Source: Candidatus Giovannonibacteria bacterium RIFOXYD1_FULL_48_21 (lineage in GTDB: Bacteria; Patescibacteriota; Minisyncoccia; JACPKW01; UBA11713). Taken from it: a stretch of DNA of 64,000 nucleotides. Positions within the stretch are counted from its first letter, which is position 1; every line of letters begins with the position of its first letter. Positions 1 to 8,824 of the stretch are shown in pieces. The notes beneath the pieces were generated by a model that saw nothing but the letters and a program-made list of their open reading frames with translations, searched no databases and was not told where the DNA came from. A program made the position numbers and the translations under genes. The stretch covers positions 139,930 to 203,929 of the forward strand of contig MFIU01000002.1 of NCBI GenBank assembly GCA_001778985.1, in the 5' to 3' direction.

Positions 1-40
1 ATGACAATACTTAAACTAAGAAAGGATATTGCGAAAAGTC

Positions 41-69
41 TTGTATTTTTCATAGATACTTTATATAAT
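41..69 (+). promoter_or_regulatory. sigma70-like promoter candidate (TTGTAT-17 nt-TATAAT) upstream of first gene
   Basis: -35 TTGTAT at 41-46, 17-nt spacer, perfect -10 TATAAT at 64-69, about 25 nt before the ATG at 94. Confidence 0.35.
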
Positions 70-93
70 ATTGCATCCTAAAAAGATGTCAAG

Positions 94-807
94 ATGATAA
101 GTTTTAAAGGAAAAAAGATTTTAATCTTAGCCCCTCATCCCGATGATGAGATTTTAGGGTGCGGGGGCTTAATCTCGCGCGCCAAAAGAGAAGGCGCGAA
201 AATATATGTCCTCTATTTTACGGCCGGGACCACTAAAGATTTTTCAGAAAAGGGTTTTTCCACGAAAGAAGAAAGACTCGAAGAAATAAAAAAGGTGGCG
301 CGATTTCTGAAATTCGACGGCTGGAAGATAATTTTTCCCGGCGAAGATTATCATCTTTCTTTGGATAAACTGCCGCAAAAAACCATCATCAACGAAATCG
401 AACGCGGTTCCAAAATTTCTCTTGAAACGATAAAGCCTTCTCTCCTCTTAATCCCTCATCACCAAGACTATAACCAAGACCATCGGGCGGTCGGCCTGGC
501 CTCGGTAGCCGCCACCAGGCCGGCGCTTCGCACCCATAAAAGCCTGCAGCCGTTCGTCTTGAGCTACGAGTACTCTTCAAGCCATTGGAATGTTTCTCAA
601 AACGGTTCTGACAAAAACTTCTTCGTGGAATTGACCAAAAACGATATCGCCAAAAAGCTGCGAGCTCTTTCGCTGTACAAATCGCAAATGAAACCCCATC
701 CCCATCCGCACTCCCTAAAATCGGTAAAACTTTTTGCTGAGTTAAGGGGTACTCAAATCGGAACGAATCTGGCGGAAGCGTTTTTGGCCACCCGAGTTAC
801 GGTATGA
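94..807 (+). CDS. PIG-L/LmbE family N-acetylglucosaminyl deacetylase
   Basis: N-terminal ILILAPHPDDEILGCGG motif typical of LmbE/PIG-L zinc deacetylases; 4-bp overlap (ATGA) with next gene. Confidence 0.8.
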   Translation: MISFKGKKILILAPHPDDEILGCGGLISRAKREGAKIYVLYFTAGTTKDFSEKGFSTKEERLEEIKKVARFLKFDGWKIIFPGEDYHLSLDKLPQKTIINEIERGSKISLETIKPSLLLIPHHQDYNQDHRAVGLASVAATRPALRTHKSLQPFVLSYEYSSSHWNVSQNGSDKNFFVELTKNDIAKKLRALSLYKSQMKPHPHPHSLKSVKLFAELRGTQIGTNLAEAFLATRVTV

Positions 808-1460
808 TTATCGCCTCCCATCAGCCCAACCATCTCCCCAATCTCGGCTTTTTCTACAAGATGGCCAAGGCGGAACTTTTCGTCATAATTACCAATCTCC
901 AATTCGAAAAACAAGAGGGCTGGCAACAACGGCATAAAATCAAAGGGCCGAACGGGGATATCTGGCTGACCGTGCCCGTATTCGGTTCGCAGAATCAAAG
1001 AATAAAAGAGGTTAAAATAAACAATGAGCTTGGGTGGGCTAAAAAACATAAAAGAACAATGGAGCTGACGTATAAGAAAAGCGCGGAGAAAGAACTTATT
1101 TCTAAAATCTTGGAAGTTTATGACCAGAAATGGGAACGCCTCGCGGATTTAAACCTCGCCCTGATTAAAATTATGAAAGAGGAATTAAAGATTCCGACTC
1201 CGCTCGCGGTTGACGAGGAGGTGGAAGGAAATAAAGAAACGCTTCTCATAAACGTCTGCAAAAAATACGGCGGCGATGTTTACCTCTCGGGCCTGGGCGC
1301 CAAAGATTATCTGAATGAGGAACGCCTGGCGGAGCTTCGCAAAAATAATATCGCGCATCGCTTCGTGGAAAAAAACATCACTAGAGAATACCCTTATTCC
1401 ACATTGCATTATTTACTCACCGAAGGGCCGAAATGGACTTCAAATATAATCAGCAGCTAA
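804..1460 (+). CDS. WbqC-like family protein (polysaccharide biosynthesis associated)
   Basis: N-terminal HQPNHLPNLGFF resembles the WbqC-like family signature (Q-P-x-Y-L-P-W-L-G-Y-F); translationally coupled to the flanking genes. Confidence 0.65.
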   Translation: MIIASHQPNHLPNLGFFYKMAKAELFVIITNLQFEKQEGWQQRHKIKGPNGDIWLTVPVFGSQNQRIKEVKINNELGWAKKHKRTMELTYKKSAEKELISKILEVYDQKWERLADLNLALIKIMKEELKIPTPLAVDEEVEGNKETLLINVCKKYGGDVYLSGLGAKDYLNEERLAELRKNNIAHRFVEKNITREYPYSTLHYLLTEGPKWTSNIISS

Positions 1461-2569
1461 TCTGGGTTATCCGGGCGATTATTCTGGTGGCCGGAGGATA
1501 TTTCCTTTTAACCCGAGGTTGGTTTTTGCCGCCGGAGATTTATGTAAAAGAGGACGCTGAACCTCAAGAAATTCAACTGCTGGGATGGATTCCCTATTGG
1601 GACCAAAAAAATTCTTTCGAATCTTTTCAAAAAAACGTAGAACTTTTTGATTATGTCTCGCTTTTCTGGTATCGTCTCGATGCCGCGGGCGATATTAAAA
1701 CCTATGACGCGGCCTTCGAAGACGAAGAAATAATAAATTTTGCCCGCAAAAATAACGTAAAAGTACTCGCCGTAGTGGCCAATCTTCCGGATTATTTTGA
1801 GGGGGGCAATTGGGATTACAAACGGGTTGATAAAGTAATCTCCTCCACCGCCGCCAGAAAGGCCCATATCCAAGTTCTAATCGGACTTGCCGCCGAACAT
1901 AATTTTGATGGAATAAACATCGACTATGAGGCCTTGAAGAGAAACCAGCGGGAAAATTTCACGGCGTTTATCGAAGAGTTCGCCCAAGCTCTCCACAAAG
2001 AAGGAAAAATTCTCGGAGTCGCGATTCACCCGAAGACTTCTGAAAATAATCCCGCGGAAGATAATGGTTCGGCCGCACAAGATTGGAAAAGACTCGCCCA
2101 ATCCGCTGACCAGCTTTATCTTATGACTTACAGCGAACACTATCTTGGAAGTTTTCCAGGACCAAACGCTTCTCCGGCTTGGGTGGATAAAATTCTGGAT
2201 TACGCCGTAAACAAAGTAAAGGTGCCTCGTGAAAAAATTTTCATGGGTGTCCCCTTCTACGGCCACGATTGGGCCCAAAATAGATTCGGCCTTTATCACG
2301 GGATTGACGATGATTTGACGTTTGATAAAGCGATGTCCTTAAGCAGAAGATACGAGACCGAAATACTTTTTGATAAAACATCAGAGACTCCCTATTTAAC
2401 TTATGAGCGCGGCGGAGAGACGCATGTCGCCTGGTTTGAAAACGCAGACAGCCTAAAAGCTAAATTGGAACTTCGAGAAAAATATAACATTCCCAATCTC
2501 GCCTTCTGGCGCCTGGGAGGAGAAGACCCGACAACTTGGGAAATATTGAAAAACTTCAAGGACCGATAG
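1433..2569 (+). CDS. GH18 glycoside hydrolase (chitinase-like), membrane anchored
   Basis: N-terminal TM helix; catalytic GH18 motif FDGINIDYE (DxxDxDxE) present. Confidence 0.8.
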   Translation: MDFKYNQQLIWVIRAIILVAGGYFLLTRGWFLPPEIYVKEDAEPQEIQLLGWIPYWDQKNSFESFQKNVELFDYVSLFWYRLDAAGDIKTYDAAFEDEEIINFARKNNVKVLAVVANLPDYFEGGNWDYKRVDKVISSTAARKAHIQVLIGLAAEHNFDGINIDYEALKRNQRENFTAFIEEFAQALHKEGKILGVAIHPKTSENNPAEDNGSAAQDWKRLAQSADQLYLMTYSEHYLGSFPGPNASPAWVDKILDYAVNKVKVPREKIFMGVPFYGHDWAQNRFGLYHGIDDDLTFDKAMSLSRRYETEILFDKTSETPYLTYERGGETHVAWFENADSLKAKLELREKYNIPNLAFWRLGGEDPTTWEILKNFKDR

Positions 2570-4001
2570 TAACTTGAGTCGCTCTTCGCCGGGGACTCGT
2601 CCAAGCGCCAGTGGATTTCACCGCGAAAGCCAGCGGCAAAGTATACAGATACATAAAAGCGTCAATATAGCGTATTACAAAAAATCCCAGCCCATAGAAC
2701 AATAATTCCGGCCTTCTCTCCAGGACTGCGGCTATAGCCGTAAGAATATAATCCATAATAAAAACACCCACCAAGATATCCATAAAAGTTAAACTGTCCA
2801 CCCAAGTGATGATAAACCAACTGGGCAACGTGACGGGTTCGAAACCATCCATAAAGAACCACAAAATCAAAAGGGGCAAACATAAAATAAACGCGGAATA
2901 AAGAGCCATTTCTATTACGAAAGAGCCGGTGGCTAGCCAAAAGAAACTCGGCCAAAATCCATTTCGCCGCACGGTCTGCCAAAAACCAAGGTACCAGCGT
3001 CTAATCTGTTTTATATAATCGTTAAGGGTATAGGGGTCCTGATGAACGCCACTCACCCTGGTGTCATACGCAATTTTCCCCAGCCTCTTCTTGTGCAATT
3101 CAAAAGTCATATTAAAATCCTCAATCACGAGATTTGGGGCGTCAATTTCGAGTTTAGACAGAGCCGAGGCGCGATAAATACTCGGACTGCCAGGAACAAT
3201 ATAGGTAGTGTTGGAGTACTTCCAAGTTTGACCGTAGCGCATACCGTATTGAACCAAGCGCCAGAGCCTAACCCGATACGCCAGAAAGAATTTAGCCCAC
3301 GAAACGCCTCTTTCCTCTGGCCATTTAGTGGAGCCATGCCCGGCTACCGCCACCACTTTAGGGTCATCGAATAATGGAAGGGCGTATTGGAGATAAAAAG
3401 GAGAAACTTCCGCGTCGGCGTCCACTATCATTATGGCTCGATAACGCTCCGAGAGCTTAAAATTTCGCAGCAGAAAAACAAGCACCCCTGCCTTGCCGCG
3501 ATTAGGGTTGATGTCAGCGACATTCACTCCTAGTTCACGGGCGAGTTCGGCGGTGCGGTCCGTTGAAGCATCGGAGCCGACATAAATGTTTTGGGCGGGA
3601 ATAATTTTTTTTAAAGCCTTAAGGGTTGCCGCAATCGACAGCTCCTCGTTATGCGCGGGCACCATTGCGCAAGTTTCTTGGGGAGTGATTCTTTGGACGG
3701 CCAAATGGAGCTTGGTTCTAGCCTCGCGTTTTTTACGCACCCATTGGGCAGCCGGTCTCAAAACACCGCCCAGAATAACAACCATTAAAAGAAAAAACAT
3801 TAAAAGCGCCAGTTTTCCGAATAACGCGAAAACTCGGATTATTTTCCATGAAGCTCGGAGAGTTTTTTTCTGCCGAGAAGAATTAAATCTCTCCAAAGAA
3901 GCTCGGACCAACCCGATGAAGGCCCAAAAGGTAAAGTTGAAGCCGATAAGCGCGAAACTTCCTAAAACTATCCAGGTCATTTTAAAACCCAAGACTAGCA
4001 C
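2556..4001 (-). CDS. processive family-2 glycosyltransferase (cellulose/chitin/PNAG synthase-like) with multiple TM helices
   Basis: GT2 core (VPAHNEE, DADAEV) plus QIRRW = Q(Q/R)xRW motif and C-terminal TM bundle. Confidence 0.8.
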   Translation of the reverse strand: MLVLGFKMTWIVLGSFALIGFNFTFWAFIGLVRASLERFNSSRQKKTLRASWKIIRVFALFGKLALLMFFLLMVVILGGVLRPAAQWVRKKREARTKLHLAVQRITPQETCAMVPAHNEELSIAATLKALKKIIPAQNIYVGSDASTDRTAELARELGVNVADINPNRGKAGVLVFLLRNFKLSERYRAIMIVDADAEVSPFYLQYALPLFDDPKVVAVAGHGSTKWPEERGVSWAKFFLAYRVRLWRLVQYGMRYGQTWKYSNTTYIVPGSPSIYRASALSKLEIDAPNLVIEDFNMTFELHKKRLGKIAYDTRVSGVHQDPYTLNDYIKQIRRWYLGFWQTVRRNGFWPSFFWLATGSFVIEMALYSAFILCLPLLILWFFMDGFEPVTLPSWFIITWVDSLTFMDILVGVFIMDYILTAIAAVLERRPELLFYGLGFFVIRYIDAFMYLYTLPLAFAVKSTGAWTSPRRRATQVTIGP

Positions 4002-4039
4002 CCAAAATCTATCTAATCAACATCACCTCATGACACTTT

Positions 4040-4225
4040 TTATATTTCTTCAACGCCTAGGTCACGACAAATTTTCTTCGCGAGGAATTTGCTAATTTCA
4101 TTATGGCGCGGGGTTGTAGATGATCTCCTCGTCAAAGGATTAAAAAAGACGCTATGCTTAGCGCCTTCTCGAACAAAGATGCAGCCCTCTTTCAAAAGAT
4201 GCTTAATGAGTTGCTGGCGCTTCAC
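4040..4225 (-). CDS. hicA: type II toxin HicA (YcfA-like mRNA interferase)
   Basis: 61 aa; MKRQQLIKHLLKEGC...REGAKHSVFFNP...TTPRH pattern matches the HicA family; 1-nt overlap with the upstream small ORF. Confidence 0.65.
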   Translation of the reverse strand: MKRQQLIKHLLKEGCIFVREGAKHSVFFNPLTRRSSTTPRHNEISKFLAKKICRDLGVEEI

Positions 4226-4440
4226 TAACCAGGAAGGGTAATTAATTCACGAACGGCCCCTCGCCCCGCTGATTTATTAAGGGCGCGGTTGGTTTCTAAA
4301 ATAAGAGTCAGAGCTTCTTGAAGATTTTCTTTTGTTTCTTTGAGGGTTTTTCCTTGAGTATTCACGCCCGGAATTTCTTCAACCCAGCCCAAATACCATT
4401 TACCTTGTTTTTTATATACAGCAGTGAAACATTGCTTCAT
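4225..4440 (-). CDS. hicB: HicB-like antitoxin (UPF0150 fold)
   Basis: 71 aa; F.AVY...YLGWVEEIPGVNTQGKTLKETKENLQEAL pattern typical of short HicB; co-oriented and overlapping hicA. Confidence 0.55.
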   Translation of the reverse strand: MKQCFTAVYKKQGKWYLGWVEEIPGVNTQGKTLKETKENLQEALTLILETNRALNKSAGRGAVRELITLPG

Positions 4441-4477
4441 ATAAATTTAGGATACCACACCAAACTATTAAATCAAG

Positions 4478-6904
4478 TTACTTCCCGTGGCATTTTTTAT
4501 ATTTCTTGCCCGAGCCGCAGAAACAGGGGTCGTTGCGGCCAGGCTCTTTCTTGCCTTGAGCCGCTACTTTCGACACAACCACTTTCTTCTCTTCCGGATG
4601 CTGATGCGCTCCCAAATGCTTTATCAAATGCGAAAATTGGGTCGCGAAGGAATCTTCCAGAGCGCGAAAAAGGCGAATCGCTTCGTTTTTATACTCTATC
4701 AAAGGGTCTCTCTGGCCGTAAGCGCGAAGACGCACACTGGAGCGCATATGCTCCATCATCTCCAAATGTTCCATCCAAAGAATGTCAATCGTACGCAGGA
4801 GCAGGCTTCTTAGAGCCGGAAGGAAAGCCGCGCCCAGCTCCTCTTCTTTTTTCTTCAAAACTTCATCGGTAATTTCCTCCGTCAAATATTGCTTCGAAAT
4901 CACGCGAAACTCCTCGTCCGAGCTGAAGAGAATTTTTTTTCGCTCGGAATAAACGGCGCGGCGCTGTTTATTCATCACGTCGTCGTATTCCAGAAGATGT
5001 TTTCTCGCGTCAAAGTTAAAGCCTTCGATCTTGGCCTGGGCGGATTCAAGCGCCGAGGAAATGAGTTTGGCCTCAATCGGCTCGTCCTCGGCGAGTCCAA
5101 AAGTTCCCATCATTCCCTTTATTCTTTCCGAGCCGAAAATGCGCAGGAGGTCGTCTTCCAAGGAAACAAAAAATTGGCTCGCGCCCGGGTCGCCCTGGCG
5201 GCCGGAGCGTCCCCGGAGCTGGTTGTCGATTCGGCGCGCCTCATGGCGCTCGGTGCCGAGAATAAATAAACCTCCGGCGCCTCGAACTTTCTCGGCGCTT
5301 TTGGGATCGGGTGGATTACCTCCAAGTATTATGTCTACACCTCTACCAGCTATATTAGTGGCAAGGGTAACTTTGCCGATCCCTCCAGCCTGCGCGATAA
5401 TCTGGGCTTCTTGTTCGTGGTTTTTGGCGTTCAAAACTTCGTGCGCCACACCTTCCCTTTTCAAAACCGCCGACAGCCGCTCGTTTTTTTCAATCGAAAC
5501 CGTGCCAATCAAAACCGGCTGTCCTTTTTGGTGCAGCGCCCGCACTTCATTGGCCACAGCTTTCCACTTTCCGGATTCGGTCTGGTAAACTCGGTCCGGA
5601 TAATCTTGGCGAATCATAGGCTGATTGGTAGGAATCTCCGCCACTTCCAGATTATAAACTTTGTGAAATTCCTCGGCGGAAGTGGCCGCGGTTCCGGTCA
5701 TGCCCGAAAGTTTTTTGTAGAGCCGAAAGTAATTTTGAAAAGTAATCGTGGCCAAAGTGCGCGACTCCTGCCGCACTGCCACTCCTTCTTTCGCCTCCAC
5801 GGCCTGGTGCAGTCCCTCGGACCATCTGCGTCCCGGCATCAAGCGTCCGGTAAACTCATCCACGATAATAACTTCGCCGTTCTTAACCACGTAGTCGCGC
5901 TCGCGCTTGAAAATGGCCTGAGCCCGCAAGGCCTGCTCCAGATGATGGACGTATTTGATTCCTTTCTCGGTATAAATATCTTTCAGGCCTAAAAGTCGCT
6001 CCGCCTTCTCAATGCCCTCTTCGGTAAGGGTGGCGGCCCGATGCTTTTCGTCCACTTTATAATCCTCCTCTTTCTTCAAATTCGGAACGACTTTGGCGAA
6101 AACCCGATAAAGCTCCCCGGATTCGGTGTCAGGGGCGGAAATAATCAGCGGAGTCCTGGCTTCGTCAATCAAAATTGAATCCACTTCGTCCACGATGGCG
6201 AAATTATGCTCGGCTTGAACCATCGCCTCCGGGGAATAGGCCATATTGTCCCGCAGATAATCAAAACCAAATTCGTGGTTGGTCCCGTAAGTGATGTCGG
6301 CTTGATAAGCCTCGCGCCTGGAACAAGGCCGTAAAAACTCGTGGACGACTTGAAAAGCGCCAAGCGTATCCCGCGCGGCGTCTTTTTCATTGTGAGCCGC
6401 GTCATACAGATAACTCGCTTCGTGATTCAGCACCCCCACCGTCAGCCCCAGCGCGTTGTAAATCTGTCCCATCCAGACGGCATCGCGCCTGGAAAGGTAA
6501 TCGTTCACGGTTACAATATGGACCCCCTTGTCCGAAAGCGCATTTAAATATGCCGGAAGGGTAGCAACGAGAGTTTTCCCCTCGCCGGTTTTCATCTCCG
6601 CGATTTTTCCCTGATGCAAAACTATGCCGCCCAAAAGCTGGACGTCATAATGGCGTTGACCCAGGGTGCGCTTCGCAGCCTCACGGACGAGCGCGAAAGC
6701 TTCCGGCAGAATCTCATCTAATCCGCCAGCTGGCGGATTGCCTTCCTCCAAGCGCTCTTTAAATTCTTGAGTTTTGTTTTTTAAATCTTCGTTCGAAAGC
6801 TTTTCAAATTCCGGCTCCAAAACATTGATTTCCTGAACCGTCGGTTCAAGTTTTTTAATCAGACGTTCGGCCGAACTTCCAAAAATCTTCGCGAGGACGT
6901 TCAT
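4478..6904 (-). CDS. secA: preprotein translocase ATPase SecA
   Basis: Full-length SecA with DEAD motor motifs and C-terminal zinc motif [14 protein letters not shown]. The ORF extends to 6928, but the conserved N-terminus [18 protein letters not shown] starts at M9 (6904). Confidence 0.93.
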   Translation of the reverse strand: MNVLAKIFGSSAERLIKKLEPTVQEINVLEPEFEKLSNEDLKNKTQEFKERLEEGNPPAGGLDEILPEAFALVREAAKRTLGQRHYDVQLLGGIVLHQGKIAEMKTGEGKTLVATLPAYLNALSDKGVHIVTVNDYLSRRDAVWMGQIYNALGLTVGVLNHEASYLYDAAHNEKDAARDTLGAFQVVHEFLRPCSRREAYQADITYGTNHEFGFDYLRDNMAYSPEAMVQAEHNFAIVDEVDSILIDEARTPLIISAPDTESGELYRVFAKVVPNLKKEEDYKVDEKHRAATLTEEGIEKAERLLGLKDIYTEKGIKYVHHLEQALRAQAIFKRERDYVVKNGEVIIVDEFTGRLMPGRRWSEGLHQAVEAKEGVAVRQESRTLATITFQNYFRLYKKLSGMTGTAATSAEEFHKVYNLEVAEIPTNQPMIRQDYPDRVYQTESGKWKAVANEVRALHQKGQPVLIGTVSIEKNERLSAVLKREGVAHEVLNAKNHEQEAQIIAQAGGIGKVTLATNIAGRGVDIILGGNPPDPKSAEKVRGAGGLFILGTERHEARRIDNQLRGRSGRQGDPGASQFFVSLEDDLLRIFGSERIKGMMGTFGLAEDEPIEAKLISSALESAQAKIEGFNFDARKHLLEYDDVMNKQRRAVYSERKKILFSSDEEFRVISKQYLTEEITDEVLKKKEEELGAAFLPALRSLLLRTIDILWMEHLEMMEHMRSSVRLRAYGQRDPLIEYKNEAIRLFRALEDSFATQFSHLIKHLGAHQHPEEKKVVVSKVAAQGKKEPGRNDPCFCGSGKKYKKCHGK

Positions 6905-6934
6905 AAAAACCCATAATAACTCAAACACCGCGCA

Positions 6935-6965
6935 CTTTTCAAGCGCGCGGCGCGAGTTGGTTCAT
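6935..6965 (-). terminator. GC-rich hairpin between pdaD stop and secA start (weak terminator/attenuator candidate)
   Basis: CCGCGC...GCGCGG inverted repeat followed on the minus strand by a GTTTGAGTT T-rich run. Confidence 0.25.
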
Positions 6966-6972
6966 ATTTTCC

Positions 6973-7521
6973 TCATTCAGCGTTCAGGAAGACGGCGGCG
7001 GCAAAGACTGTGGTCCAGAGCCCTTCCTTGTTGCCTATGGCAGACTGGGTGATGTTGGTGGTACGGATAATCTGCCCTGAAGCTTTGAAAAGCTGTTCCT
7101 TTTCGTCCCAAGCCGAGTCGAAATTGAATTCTATGCCAAGCGTGGTCGCAAGCATGGAGGCCGCCAAATCCTCGGCGTAGTCCCCCGCTTTCTCGTCGGT
7201 TTCCCCGAAGGCGTGGTGCTCGGAAAGATACCCGTGCATCGCGGAATCGGCGGGGACAGCCAAACCGACAGAGGCGGCAATCAGGCGGTTCGGCTCGTTG
7301 GTTGATTCGCGGTCGTACACCGCGAACACAACTTCGCCCGGCGCGAGAAACTTTAAACCTTCATCCCGCGGAAGAATTTTACAGCCGGGTGGATAAATGC
7401 TGGAAACTAAAACTAAGTTGCAGGGGGCAAGCCCTGCCGTTCGAAGTGCCAGCTCGAACGAAGCAAGCCTTTCTTTATGCACCCCAACTCCCTTGGTAAA
7501 GAAAACTGCCTTAGGAACCAT
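6973..7521 (-). CDS. pdaD: pyruvoyl-dependent arginine decarboxylase
   Basis: [21 protein letters not shown]...[11 protein letters not shown] matches the PdaD family N-terminus, including the serine self-cleavage region. Confidence 0.8.
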   Translation of the reverse strand: MVPKAVFFTKGVGVHKERLASFELALRTAGLAPCNLVLVSSIYPPGCKILPRDEGLKFLAPGEVVFAVYDRESTNEPNRLIAASVGLAVPADSAMHGYLSEHHAFGETDEKAGDYAEDLAASMLATTLGIEFNFDSAWDEKEQLFKASGQIIRTTNITQSAIGNKEGLWTTVFAAAVFLNAE

Positions 7522-7576
7522 TTTCCCATACTAACAACGGCGGTTCAAAAAATACAGATGTGGAAAACCAAAAAAA

Positions 7577-7996
7577 TTATTTTCTGCGAATCCAACGGTA
7601 AAAACTGCCGGCTCGCTGGGCAAGCCGCGTGAAATGCAGGCGTTCTTTTAATTTTCGGGCGGAGCGCAAAAATTTTGAGGCACGCTTTCCCTTATACTCC
7701 CTGATTTCCCTCTCAAGCTCATCCTTGGCCTCGTCAATAGCCCCCTCCAGACTCTCGCTCAAAGCCTGGGCGTAAAGAGTTTCACTTTCGCGCGGCAGGG
7801 CTAAATTAACCTCGCATTTCCAGATTCTGCCCTCTTCATGGTGTCTGGTGGTCTTGGCCAGTTCCACGTCTAAAATATGCTCGGGTGGAAATTCCCGGCC
7901 CATTCTTTTTTCCAATGGAGCCAGAAGCTTTTCTTCGGCGATGATTTTCAGGCCGACGGTAAGTTTAAAACCAGTGGCTTTGATGCGAAGCTGCAT
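7577..7996 (-). CDS. hpf: ribosome hibernation promoting factor (HPF/RaiA family)
   Basis: MQLRIKATGFKLTVGLKIIAEEKL... sigma54-modulation / S30EA fold pattern with a basic C-terminal tail. Confidence 0.8.
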   Translation of the reverse strand: MQLRIKATGFKLTVGLKIIAEEKLLAPLEKRMGREFPPEHILDVELAKTTRHHEEGRIWKCEVNLALPRESETLYAQALSESLEGAIDEAKDELEREIREYKGKRASKFLRSARKLKERLHFTRLAQRAGSFYRWIRRK

Positions 7997-8195
7997 AATT
8001 CTTTTAAGGCCCGGGAGAGGTTGACTCCAAACTACGTCGTTGTGTGAGTACCAGTCTCCCGGGCCTTATTCATTATAACCCAAATACAAAATCCCGGTTT
8101 TACCGGGATTTTGTAAGACGTAGTTAGATTCTCCAACCGAAGCCGGAGAAACTCACTTTCGCATTATAGCAAAACTCTATTCCAAAAGTCAAGTT
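7997..8195 (-). promoter_or_regulatory. hpf promoter plus structured 5' leader (three hairpins)
   Basis: Minus-strand TTGACT (8192-8187), 17 nt, TATAAT (8169-8164). The leader holds a CUCCGGC-UUCG-GUUGGAG tetraloop hairpin (8137-8154) and a terminator-like hairpin AAAAUCCCGG-UAAAA-CCGGGAUUUU followed by GUAUUU (8087-8111). A 13-bp palindromic hairpin AAGGCCCGGGAGA...UCUCCCGGGCCUU (8005-8066) ends 8 nt before the AUG. Confidence 0.45.
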
Positions 8196-8227
8196 TTAAT
8201 CTATAATAGCGTGAATAGGTTTGAAAT

Positions 8228-8824
8228 ATGCGAGATAGAAAGATTTACGAGGTTTCCAAGCGTCTTTTAGACATAATCCTGACAATTTTAGCCATAATCC
8301 CCGCTGCTTTGCTTTTTCCGCTCATCGCGCTCGCCATAAAGCTCGATTCCGAGGGCCCGGTCTTCTATAAGCAAAAACGGGTAGGGAGATACGGACAGGA
8401 GTTCTGGCTTTTAAAATACCGCTCCATGGTTAAAAATGCCCACGAGCTCGGTGGCTGGAAGGGAAACGGTCCGGATTTGCGGCATACCCGCGTGGGGATG
8501 ATTTTGCGAAAAAGTTACCTGGACGAACTACCACAAATCATAAACATTTTGAAGGGCGAAATGTCTTTTGTCGGACCCAGGCCGGAGCGGCCGGAATATG
8601 TCGGCGAGCTGAAACAAAAAGTTCCCTCGTACGAAAAAAGGCTGGCGGTCCCGCCTGGAATTACGGGCTGGGCGCAGGTAAACATGGAAAACGACGCTTC
8701 GGTGGAAGACGCCCCAGAAAAGATAAAATACGACCTCTACTACATTGAAAACCGCTCGCTCTGGTTCGACCTCTTAATTATTTTCAAGACGATTTTTATA
8801 GTTCTGCGCCGCGAAGGACGTTAG
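8228..8824 (+). CDS. small monotopic phosphoglycosyl transferase (PglC/WbaP C-terminal-like bacterial sugar transferase)
   Basis: 198 aa with one N-terminal TM helix and conserved bacterial sugar transferase motifs (KFRSM-like LKYRSM, PRPE, GITGWAQV). Confidence 0.85.
   Translation: MRDRKIYEVSKRLLDIILTILAIIPAALLFPLIALAIKLDSEGPVFYKQKRVGRYGQEFWLLKYRSMVKNAHELGGWKGNGPDLRHTRVGMILRKSYLDELPQIINILKGEMSFVGPRPERPEYVGELKQKVPSYEKRLAVPPGITGWAQVNMENDASVEDAPEKIKYDLYYIENRSLWFDLLIIFKTIFIVLRREGR

Noticed and set aside
1-93. Possible short 26-aa ORF at the window start (MTILKLRKDIAKSLVFFIDTLYNIAS)
   Set aside because: Too short to evaluate and it overlaps a good promoter-like sequence. It may be the 3' end of a gene lying mostly outside the window.
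3586-4095. 169-aa plus-strand ORF and other long antisense ORFs (for example 5031..5588, 5411..5992, 15455..16120, 22526..22966, 24198..24710, 58032..58718)
   Set aside because: They lie fully inside strongly supported genes on the opposite strand (GT2, secA, neuA-like, transketolase, SDR, TagF-like). They have low-complexity or Arg/Pro/Ser-rich translations typical of spurious antisense frames.
7997-8227. Possible tRNA or other small RNA gene in the 230-bp hpf / sugar-transferase intergenic region
   Set aside because: No T-loop (GTTCRANYC) or acceptor/anticodon arrangement is present. The hairpins are better explained as a structured hpf leader and promoter elements.
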